Part shown: one piece after another, positions 40,451 through 52,754 of the stretch
How the letters are laid out: each line of letters begins with the position of its first letter
How positions within the stretch are numbered: the stretch's first letter is position 1
From: Octopus bimaculoides
Taxonomy: Eukaryota
Direction of reading: 5' to 3'
NCBI RefSeq assembly: GCF_001194135.2
Contig: NC_068996.1
Coordinates: 24,707,064-24,771,063 of the forward strand
DNA: 64,000 nucleotides
Program-made: the position numbers and the translations under genes
The notes under the pieces: model-generated
What the model was told of the DNA's origin: nothing
Databases searched by the model: none
Seen by the model: the letters and a program-made list of their open reading frames with translations, nothing else

Positions 40451-43400
40451 TTGTGTGTATGTATAGTATAATTATGTGTGTATCTTTGTGTTTAGACCCC
40501 ACCACCACTTGACAATTGGAGTTGGTTTGTTTCTGTCTTTATAACTTAGCAGTTCAGCAAAAAGACGCCTATAGAATAAGTATCAAGCTTAGGAAAAAAA
40601 ATGCACTTGGGTCAATTTGTTTGACTAAACCAGGGGTTCTCAACTGGGGTCCATATGAAATTTTTGGGAATCCATAGGTGTAATGCAGTTAATTGGGGGT
40701 CCATAGTAAATTTTCAAGGGCCATGAAAAAAATTGTACTTTCGACCAGTAAAGTTTATGTGCAATAAATTGGTTAGATGTTCACAATACACAAAATATTT
40801 TAACAATTACTTTTATACAATTCCTAATAATATTTAGCCATAAAAATACAATAGGATTTTTTAAGCATCGAATGGCTATGGGGGTCCACCCAAGTAAAAC
40901 AGGAATCAAAGGGGTCCATAGCCAAAATACGGTTGAGAATCCCTGGACTAAACCCTCCAAGGCAGTGCCCAGCACAGCCACAGTCTAATGATTGAAATAA
41001 GTAAAAGATAAAAGAAGAAACACTTATAAGCAGACTTTTTAAAACTCAACCCATTCACTATCAATACTGTTTATATATCCTTATTTTTCCATGTGGGCAC
41101 AGCATGAGCGAGACTAATTGAGTTAATCTCTGATGGTCACATGTCCTTCCTGTTATCAACTCTTACTTGTTATTCATGTCAGGTGTTTTCCGTCCAAATT
41201 ATAAAACTGTCAAACTACAGGATATATTGTTAGAGGAGACATAAGCATAACATCATATTCACCCAAATACTGTCATGTGAAGTCATGGAAATATAAATTC
41301 ATACAAGCATTAGCTTCCACACAGTTTCCATCTACCATTTTTACTCAGAAAGCATGGCTGTCCAAAGTAGCATGTGGATACAAAGTGTTCCTCTGGTAAC
41401 TTTTTTTTAAATTACTATAATTACAGGGTGTTCAGACAAAATTTGACACTTTATGTCCCCCTTTTTCCAGGAACAACTTGATGTATTGGTGAACAGTCAA
41501 CAGCATGAGTGAGCATAAAAATTAAAGTTGTAGTTGAGAAAAACTTAGCTGACATGGAGGAATGGAAGCCATCTGAATATTGGAAAAGAGTGACCTGTAT
41601 TGTGATGATTTGCACTGGGTAGAAAAACACTGACATCATGGCTAGTGCTCAATGCTCTTTAAACACTGTAAAAGCTGCAAGATGTGACATGGACAGCTGT
41701 AATGAAGGCTATGAAGTTGTGGCTAGCAGGAAGGGACACAGCAGGTGTTCTGACTGTCTGCACACTGGTATTCATTAAACAACTGATGAACAGGGACTAA
41801 GGCTCAATTCAGATGGCCATGTGAAGCTGCTGGAAGGCCATATGTATGGCAGCAGGATTCAGCTTCGTGCCATATCTCCAGAAAGAGTCAGAAGTGGTTA
41901 TCAGAGAATTTCTATAACTTCACCACCCCAATTTCTGGCCTCTTAATTCCTCCGATTGTAATCCCATAGATTACTATGTGTGGGGTGTGGTTAAGAAAGA
42001 CCAACTACTCTGCCTGGAACACTAAGGTCAAGCCGAAGGAGGTGTTTGAAAGATCTTCTCAGGGACACAGTGAGGAATGCATGTGCCAGGTTCTGGAGCT
42101 GTCTTGGAGGCTGAGGATGGTTACTTTGAGTAACTGTTATCTCCTAGCCATTATCTAGTTGATATGTTTTGATTTAAAAAAAATACTTTTGGGTGGAATA
42201 CTGCGTTTCCTTTTATACAAACCGACAAATTTAGCCCAAACACTAACACAATAATCATCATTGTAATGTCCACTTTACCAGGATTGCATGGGTCAGATGA
42301 AATTTATTGAAGTAGCTTTTCTGAGGCCAGATATCCATCCTGTCATCAACCCTCACCCGTTTCCAACAAGGAAATATTTTTCCAGTCAGACATATTTTTC
42401 AGAGAAGACTGGAAATGAACATCACTCGTATGACAATAATGTTCATTTACAACCATGGCATAATATCTAGACAAGGGTACACACAAACACACACACGATG
42501 GGCTTCCAAACTGTTTCCACCTACCATACAAACTCACAAAGCTTTGATTGGCTTGGAGCTATAGTAGAAGACACTTGCTCAAAGTACTGCACAGTGGGAC
42601 AGTTATTAGTAGAAATAACAGTACTAGCTACTGTGGTTTCAGATATGACCAAAACAGAGTAGGCCTACTGGGGCAAATGTTAAAAATGATAATGAAGAAC
42701 AGAAACATTTAAGACTTTAATTAACATCAAAGAATTACTGTGTTAAAATTGGAATTAGAAAAAAAAAAAAAAATTCAAAAATTTGAAATTGTAGACTTAC
42801 TTCTTGAAGAATAGGCACGCATACTTTGTGCATACTCATCTTTAGTGTTTGGAGGGTAACCAGATTTTGTGAAGTACACATGTATATATATGGAGCCATT
42901 GCTTAATACTGCCTGAGAGAGAGATAAAGAAAATATACAAATATTATAGTGTATTAACATGGAGAGTAAAATATATTATTAAACAAAGCATTTGCATTAC
43001 ACAACTAATTTGAGGAATGTATGCATGAATACATGTGTATGTTAGTATAACAAAGTAAATTATTTAGCCACAGGTCAACTCATATCAGGTAGCCCTAAGT
43101 AACTATGTGTTTAAATGGATGGTAGATACATATGGTTAAAGATTATTACAGAATTACTTACATCTAATGTGACAAAGTGATACCTACTTGGTGAAAAGGT
43201 ATGTGTTGTAAAGGAGCTGGGAACAAACAGATATACGAGTTGGGAACAGTATGGTCAAATAGAAAAGAGGAAATAATCTGGATGCTCGGAGCGATGTTGT
43301 ATAGCAAACCAGTTTGATAGCAGTCAACATCATAAAACAAAATATTTAATCAATGATGATATTCTTTTCTGAAATGGCGGACAGTTTTATGGTATAATAA

Positions 43401-46400
43401 GAAAATAAATTGTTTTTCACCTATAGACTGATAAATTACTGAGATTAAAGGAATTGGATGATTTAGTTAACTGCCATGGTGTTTGAAGAATATTCTATCT
43501 TCTACTTGTTTCAGCCATTTTAATGTGGCCATGCTGGAGCACCACCTGATGGGTTTTAGTTGAGCAAATTGACCCCAGGACTTATTTTTTTAAGCCTCAT
43601 ACTGATCTCTTTTACTGTAACTAAGTTACAGGGGACATAAACACACATATATATGGCAGGCTTCTTTCAGTTTCCATCCACTCACAAGGTTTTGGTCAGC
43701 CTGAGGCTATAGTAGAAGAGACTTGCCCACAGTGCCACACAGTGGGCCTGAACCCAGAACCATGTCGTTAGGAAGTAAGCTTCTTACCACACAGTCACAT
43801 CTGCATCTATCACACAACCACACCTGTGTAACTCTTTAAAAATAAAGTCAGCTATGACACAAAGTATCAAACATTTTAACTTCAAATAGAAAATGAAATT
43901 TGAGACAAACAAATGAATGACAACAATACTACTTTATACTTTTATGTAAAAACATATAATGCATACCAATTCCATGTAATTTACTCTTTAATATAGTGCT
44001 ATATTAAATTTAACATATGTTATGGTCACTAAGCTTAAAATACATGTGATAGCCAGTTATAATGAAATGGAAATAAATTAATTTCAGCAATGAATAGATA
44101 TTTTAAGTGCATCTTCAACATGTATTCTTGAAGGATTAGCAGGGGTGTTAGCATTAGTTTTATCAGTTTTTCTAATTTTCCTTTACTTCAGGATCAAGAT
44201 TACTTACACATTCATGGTTAATGGCATAAATTTCTTGCTATTATATTGTAAAATTATTTGCCTGCCCAATTGTGATGGCCATGCATCTTTTTTGTTTCTT
44301 TTCTAAGGAGAAAGGAAGAATTAACACAATAATATGGCATAAAATGAAGTAGTTAAGAATTCTAAACTATTCCGGCAATGAAATTACTAAGTGAAAATAA
44401 GGTTGTGGATCATTTGGAAAGACTGACAATGAAATAAATCCATCAGGACAAAATTTTTGATACAGAATGGTGTTCATTTCCTGTCTTCTGTGAAAAATAT
44501 GTCTAGCCTTGGGAAATATTATCTCACTTGGTAAGAGCATCTGATCATAGAAAATCTGCCTCAGCTAATTGTCTGACCCATGCAAGCTTGGAAAGTAGAT
44601 GTTAAAAAATGGTGACAGAGTGCAAAACATCCTTATGAGGTAAAATGTTGCTATTTAGCCCTAAATCAGACTGACGATCAAAGGTGCTCAAATTTAACAA
44701 CCCTATTTTCTTTTACTTTTTCAAGAATAGGGTACCTCAAAGTAGTGGATTGGCAGAGCTATGGTATTAAGTGATAACCCTTCAAGTTCTGAATTCAAAT
44801 ACCTTTCAGCCTGGATGTGAACAGAATTATAATAGATTAGGAGGAACCAATGTACCCTTTTATTTCTTGCACATGTCACGGTGAGAGTTGAGGAAGATTT
44901 AGCTGCTATTTCTAACAATTTGGACAATCAAATAGATGTTGCCTTGTTAAGTTAGCGAAGTAAGGAGTTGATATTATTTGTTGATTTAAACTAAAGCTTA
45001 TAGCTGCTTTGAGCTAATAGTAATATAAAAATGCTCCTTCCATAAAGTTTATCCTATAGAGCAAATGTAGTTTGGTAAAATGCAAAAAGTATGTGAAACA
45101 GAAAAATTATGAAAATAGCTCGAAATTTTAACCTTTTCAATAATACCTACCTGAGACCACCCGTTATTTTATGATATAAACTTATTTCAAAGTCACCTAA
45201 CTTTCAGCCTATCAAAATTTCATCTTAATACAGAAGTAGTTTACTAAATTCTTTAGAATGTTCAAAATAATTGAAACAAAGGAAGTGAGAAATACTTTAG
45301 CAAAAGAGTTAAAAATTCCTTGGATGAGGAATGTCAATGAGGTGAAGAACTATTCTTGTCAGAACCAAGACACCAGATGTTGAAATTAGTTTCAATATGA
45401 TTAGTGAGTTAACTGAGAAAATATAAAGACTGCAAGCCAATCAGCAGTAATTGCTTAAGTGTTGAAGATATCAGATTATATCAGCCATGTTAATGACTTG
45501 CTAATTAATTAAATACTATGGAAAGGTGTTATAGCCAACAACAAGTTTATTAAAAGCAAAAGTGATGTAGAAAAGTGGGGCAGTTAGGGAGGTATTCACA
45601 CTGAGAAACTAAATCTTAAAATTACTTGATAGAATCTGGGTTTGTCGCAGGAAGGAGACCCACACATTATATATTTCGAGTGAGACATCATCTCAGAGAA
45701 GGTATGTATGTTACAAGTGTCACACTATGTAATCTGAGAACTCCATTAGTAGAAGTCCTAAAGAGTGATGTAAAGAAAGTTAGGGTTAACTGTAAGTTCA
45801 GGATTTAGTGAACACCAAAGTTCTATTTTCAGAGTATTTCTATTCATTAAAGTTCTTGAAAAGTGGAGTGAGATAATCTGCAAGATTGACAGAAAACCAA
45901 CACAAGGCGGAGAGCTGGCAGAAACGTTATCACGCCGGGCGAAATGCTTATCGGTATTTCGTCTGCTGTTACGTTCTGAGTTCAAATTCCGCCGAGGTCG
46001 ACTTTGCCTTTCATCCTTTCGGGGTCGATAAATTAAGTACCAGTTACGCACTGGGGTCGATGTAATCAATTTAATCCCTTTGCCTGTCCTTGTTTGTCCT
46101 CTCTGTTTAGCCCCTTGTGGGCAATAAAGAAATAAGAAAACCAACACTAGAAAATTCAAACTGGCTGGTTAGATTTTATTGCTAGTTTTGTTACACAGGT
46201 GATTTATTTTAGCACTGAAGGTGAACGTTGAGAAAGTATAATTGTAAGGAAGGATTGAAAGAAATTTAGGGAGCTTCTTCAAGCAATAAACAGAGTCTTC
46301 TGTAAAAAGGATACTGGAAGAGAAATAGACACTGAATGTGGAAGATAGGAGGTGTGAGATGTGAGAGTATTACACACAATGTTAAGTGCAAGACAACTCA

Positions 46401-49400
46401 AAGTCAGCAGATGTATAAAACATAAGATGTAAATGAGACAGGGTATGGAATGTAGAGGATCTATTCTAATTGGAGAAAAATGATGTTCATATGATTGATC
46501 ATATATCTGTGTACACATACATACACACATATATGTATACATAAAAAAGACATGTATGCACATACATGCAAACACACACTGCTAATTTATATAATGGAGG
46601 ATCTCAAGTGAGACATGTATTGAATATGAGAGATCTGTGAGGCAGAGAGAAATGAAGTGCGAGTGTGTGGGGTGGACACCATAGAAGCTAGTAGATGAAT
46701 AGCTACTGAGAGCTGTTCAAGCATGTACAGAGGTGCTGTCATTAAGGAGACAGTGATGAGTACAGTAAAGAATTTAGTGAGCAGGTAGGAGTTTGCAAGG
46801 GTTCAGATATCAGCTCTCACTAATTTATTATATTCTTCCAAGCCATAATAGAAGAATTCCATGGGATACTGATTATCTTGTTCTTATAGCAGAATTAGAA
46901 ATGAACTTCCAGATGTGGAAGCAAAACTTGGAATCAAAGGGTCCTAAAGTTAACTTAGCAAACACTGAAGTTCTAATAATCAGGAAAACACACTAGACAC
47001 TCATCTTGTCAGGTAAATGGCTCTGTTTGGCATGTAGATGTGTTGGTAGAAATTCCATAAGGCATACTCTGTGCAAACTATGGACACACAAGAGGTGTAG
47101 TAGAATCACGAGAAGGTTAATAGATATTGTAGACTGTTTGTGGTAGGTGCATAAGTACAATAAACACTAAGAGCAGATGGTAAATAAATTTTTGGGAGCG
47201 TGGCCATTGCCAGTACCGCCTGACTGGCCCTCGTGCCGGTGGCACGTAAAAGCACCCGCTACACTCTTGGAGTGGTTGGCGTTAGGAAAGGCATCCAGGT
47301 GTAGAAACTCTGCCAGATCAGATTGGAGCCTGGTGTAGCCATCTGGTTCACCAGTCCTCAGTCAAATTGTTCAACCCATGCTAGCATGGAAAGCGGACGT
47401 TAAACAACGATGATGATGATGACTCATGAGGACCCTTGGAGATAGTAGTTGTCTATGAGCAAAAGCTCTAAATAGTTGTAAAACTTGAGCCGTGAATGCA
47501 GAGGAGGTACAAGGACATGAAAGGAAAGAATCAAGTGTGCTCTGCTGGATGTGTAACAAAGTACAAAGGTGTTGAAAGAAAAACTGGGTATTAGATGTGG
47601 AGTTCATCAAACAAGACTTCACTGGTAGGGTCATGTAATGGATATGGATGAGGACAACCACATAAAGAAGTGCTGATTGCTAAATGTGGATGGAACCTGT
47701 GAAAAAGGGAGACCCAGGAAGACGTGGGATGTAGTGAAAACCAATCACAAAATGTTGATCCTCATAGAAGAGATGATAAAGGATTGGAATGAATAGATAT
47801 TGCTGTACTTGGAAAAGACTCATCCATCTCCTGTCAAGCCTTCCCCAACAATTCATCTATAGTACTACTCAATTAGGTGCTGTAAATGATGCCATTTATC
47901 CTTCTACACTTATCACTTCCTGTCTAACCCACCTCTATTTTCTTCACTCCACTATAAACAGATATTCGCTCCATTTACTCCAACCTCTTCATCTCTAATC
48001 ATCTGTTACACTCTCAAGAATTTATCTACCCACTTGCCCTTTCTCTTCTAATGTTCCTATTCTCTCTCATTCACCTTGTCAACTTGAGGCAATACCCTTA
48101 AGGTACATCTCTCTCTCTCTAGCTGGGAGATACATGTATTCACCTCTTCAGCAAGAAAATATGTCCTCTGGACCTGTTGGTTCCTGTTGAACTGTCAAAG
48201 CCATACCTGCAGGGAAAAAGAGACATTAAATGATGATGATGAAGATGATGTATCATCACCTTTATTTTAATGTCAATTTTCCATGCTCAGATGAAATTTG
48301 TTGAGACATATTTAACAACTGTATACCCTTCCTGTTGCCAATCTTCACCTGTTTCCGAGTAAAGTAACAATCCTCATGGCCAGACATGCTTTCACAGAAG
48401 ATTGGAAACAAAGGACACCACACTTGCATGATGGTGACATTTATTTACAACAATCACATGATATCAAGACAAGGAGAGATCAACTCAGACACACACATAC
48501 ACATATAATAGGCTTCTTTCAGTGGGACTGAACTTGGAACCAAGTAACTGAGAAGCAAGATTCTTAACCATGCCAGCACACACACATACACTATTAAGTT
48601 AGCTGTAAGGTGGAGAATAAATAAGTTAAAAGAGTGGTGAGACTTTAAGTATATCAGCTGATGTAGATAAGAGAAATAAGTACACTAAGTATAGACATAG
48701 ACAGGATGTGAATAGATGAGTGCAGGGTGAAGAAGTGTTGTGCTGACATTGGAACATACAAGCAGTAAAGGCAGCAAGTGGGAAAGATGTTCAGTCTTTC
48801 ACAAGAAACAACAAAACATTAACACAAGTGGCATATGTTAGACTGCAGACATTTTTGACTTTTGTCAGCCTGGAGAAAGAGATCTTAAAAATGACAAATA
48901 GAAATTTGTATCAATATCCAATATTAACTTCAAGTTCTTTGTATAGCAAACATGTATATGTAGTGTGAGTAACAAGGCAATAGGAATATCTAATGTGAAC
49001 TGAACCTACATCTTATTAATAACTCAATTTATTTAGTCTACAGATACTCCATTTACATATCATTTACAAATCCCCAACTATGCACTTGTTTTGCTCATGT
49101 CCTCCTGCTCCCTGTGACCTCGTCAGCTACTTCATAATCCCAGTGTTGGTTGTATGAATCTATAACACTATAGGTGGCGAGCCGGCAGAAACGTTAGCAC
49201 ACCAGGCGAAATGCTTAGCGGTATTTTGTCTGTCTTTACGTTTTGAGTTCAAATTCCGCCGAAGTCGACTTTGCCTTCCATCCTTTCGGGGTCGATAAAT
49301 TAAGTACCAGTTACACACTGGGGTCGATGTAATCGACTTAATCCTTTTGTCTGTCCCCTCTATGTTTAGCCCCTTGTGGGCAATAGAGAAATAAGAATCT

Positions 49401-52400
49401 ATAACACTACATTTCCCACAGTCGTCATTATTATGGATCATATTGCTTGAAATTTCAGCTAGGAACCTTTTGATAGGATTATCCTGCTTTATGAAAACAC
49501 AAAATATCAATAAGAAGTGAGTTAGTTTCCACAATAATTGAAATATGATGTTTTATGGTTGTGAGATGTAACTACTGAATGAATGTTGTCGAAGATCTAT
49601 TGAGACTAGAGTGATGAGAGTTGTGTTTGATATATTGAATATATGCTACTAAGTAATCACCATCATTTAAAGTCTGTTTCCATGCTTGCATTGGTTAGAT
49701 GGTTTGACAGGAGCTGGTAAGCTGGAGATTTGCACCAGGCTCCAGCTGTCTGTTTTGGTTTGGTTTCTAGAGCTTGATACCCTTCCAAATGCCAACCATC
49801 TTACAAAATGTACTGGATGTCTTTTACGTGTCACCGACACAAGTGCCTTTCACGTGTCACCGACACAAGTGCCTTTCACGTGNNNNNNNNNNNNNNNNNN
49901 NNNNNNNNNNNNNNNNNNNNNNNNNNNNNNNNNNNNNNNNNNNNNNNNNNNNNNNNNNNNNNNNNNNNNNNNNNNNNNNNNNNNNNNNNNNNNNNNNNNN
50001 NNNNNNNNNNNNNNNNNNNNNNNNNNNNNNNNNNNNNNNNNNNNNNNNNNNNNNNNNNNNNNNNNNNNNNNNNNNNNNNNNNNNNNNNCACGGGTGCCTT
50101 TCATGTGTCACCGGCACGGGTGCCTTTCATGTGTCACCGGCACGGGTGCCTTTCATGTGTCACCGGCACGGGTGCCTTTCATGTGTCACCGGCACGGGTG
50201 CCTTTCATGTGTCACAGGCACTGGCCACAACAACAATTTCATGTAGCTTGACATGTCTTCTTAAAGCACAGCAAATATGTATTGTAAGCTAAAATACATA
50301 TGGGGTTCTGAATTAGAGCAACAAGGAATGTGAATATTTTTTTCTTTCTTTTGAAATTGACAAAATAAAGACTTATTAAATAAGAACATGGTTTTTTAAA
50401 GAATCCCATGTATTGTTCCTAATGTGTAAATGGGAAGAAATGCAAAGAAATTTGAAGAACAGTGTTGAATCAAAACAAATATTATTAATATGTTTCTGTA
50501 TTCAGAATTTATCAAGATACATGCAATACTTCACATGAAAAGTAATCAAGAAATGCGTTAGAAAATATGTCTCTTAACTTTTGATTCAGAAAATATGATT
50601 TAGCCTCATAAACTGTATTTTCCCCTCTCTCCTTTGGAAAATAAATATACAGGGAAAGAAAGAAAATACAAAGACTGCAATAAGAATGGAATACTAGCAT
50701 GATATAGACCTTTGGTTTCGTTTTGTGCCAGGAAGAAGCACTACCGATGCTATATTCCTGGTAAGGCAGCTGCAGGAGAAGTACCTAGCCAAAGATAAAC
50801 ACCTGTATTTGGCTTTTGTTGACATGGAGAAAGTCTTTGACTGGGTTCCCTGATCCTTTATCTCGTGGTCAATGTGGAAACTGGGGATAAACGAGTGGTT
50901 CATGAGAGCTGTACAAACCATGCACAGGGATGTTGTCAGTAAAGTGAGTGTTGGCAATAAATATAGTGATGAATTCAGGGTTCAAGTAGAGATTCACCAA
51001 GGATCAGTCCTCAGCCCCTCTTGTTCATCATAGTCCTCCAGGCAATAACAAAGGAATTTCAGATGGGCTGCTTCTGGGAGCTCTATGCCGATGACCATGT
51101 TATTATAGCTGAATCATTACCAGAACTAGAGAAGAAATTTCATGTGTGGAAGCAAGGTCTAGAATTGAACTGAATTAACCTAGGAAAAACTAAAGTCTTT
51201 GTAAGTAGGAACGCAGTCAAATCACAAATCCCTTCAGATAGATGGCCCTGCTTGATCTGTAGGAAATGTGCAGGTAGAAAGAAGTTCCATAAGATGTACT
51301 AGTGCAAGCTATGGACACATAAAAGGTGCAGCAATATCAGAGAAAGATTAACTGTGGGAAAATAGTTTTTGTGTGTGGATACAAAAAATGTACAGAAAAT
51401 AGACGCCATCAAATGCCAGGTGGGATTCCTAGAAGTAGTTGATAGTTTCCATTATCTAGGTGACCAAATTAGCAGTAGAGGTGGATGCTCTGAGAGCGTA
51501 GCTGCAAGAATAAGAATAGGCTGGGCAAAGTTCACAGAGCTGCTACTTCTGTTGGAAACATAGGGCCTATCCTTCAGAGTGAAAGGCAAACTATGATGCC
51601 TGTGTGCAAACTGTTATGCTATATGGCAGAGAAACATGGGCTGTGACTGCTGAGGACATGCGTAGGCTTGAAAGAAATGAAGCTAGCAATGTCAGTGTGC
51701 ATGTACAACAGAGTGTAAGCAGTGAGAGAAAAGTTGGGCATAAAAGGCACCAGATGTGATGTACAAGAAAGACAACTGAACTGGTATGATCACGTGATGT
51801 ATATGAATGAAGACAACTATGTAAAGAAGTGCCAATCTCTAATTGTGGAGGGAACCTGTGGAAGAGGTAGACCCAGGAAGACAAGGGACGAGATGGTGAA
51901 GCATGATCTTGAATGTTGAGTCTCATCGAGGCAATGACTAGTGACTGAGACCTTTGGCAATATGCTGTGCTTCAGAAGACCCATCAAGTCAAATGAAATC
52001 GTAATTGTGACCAATGCTGGTGTCACGTAATGTGCACATGTGCCAGTGGCACGTGAAAAGCACCTTTTGAGCATTGGGCCTCATAGAGGCAATGTGGCTG
52101 ACGCCAGTGTCGCGTAACTAGCACTCATGTCAGTGACACACGAAAAGCACTTTTTCAGTGTTGGGCCTCATGGAGGCAATGACAAATGACCAAGACCTTT
52201 GGCAATATTCCATGCTTGAGTAGAAGACCCAACAAGCAAAGTGAAATTGTAGTTGTGGCAGATACTGGTGTCACACAAATGATGCCTATGCCAGTAGCAT
52301 GCAAAAGCACCCATGACACTCTCGGAGTGGTTGGCATTAGGAAGGGCATCCAGCTGTAGAAACCAGGCCAAATCAAATTGGAGCCTGGTGCAGCTCCTCA

Positions 52401-52718
52401 GCTTACCAGTCCTAGTCAAACTGTCCAACCCATGCCAACATGGACAATGGATATTAAATGATGAATAATTGGAAGGAATTTAAAGAACTAGTACCTTTTA
52501 TTGATAACTTTATATTTACATTAGATTTTGTATCGTTAATTATGTCTCTCTATGGACCAGCCATTAGTTAATTGTTTTTACATAAGTAAGAGTGACAAAG
52601 GATTGTCTGTGCAACCTGAGTGATACAAATGTCAGTAGAATTTTCATTAAAAGGTATGGTCAGTAGGTTTTCTCACTAGTATTTATCAGTTACTGATATA
52701 CATAACTGAAAAGTAGAT

Positions 52719-52754
<36 letters not shown>

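Noticed and set aside
40093-40512. Long ORFs of YIYI/VCVC/THTH and X runs (also 6045-6356, 39183-39463, 49686-50292)
   Set aside because: Translations of microsatellites, a minisatellite and N gaps
43350-43372. ATGATGA...CTGA as a C/D snoRNA
   Set aside because: Boxes only ~10 nt apart, on the strand opposite the host gene, with no terminal stem
49823-50225. Regular short repeats as a CRISPR array
   Set aside because: Head-to-tail units without unique spacers, eukaryotic context and no cas genes
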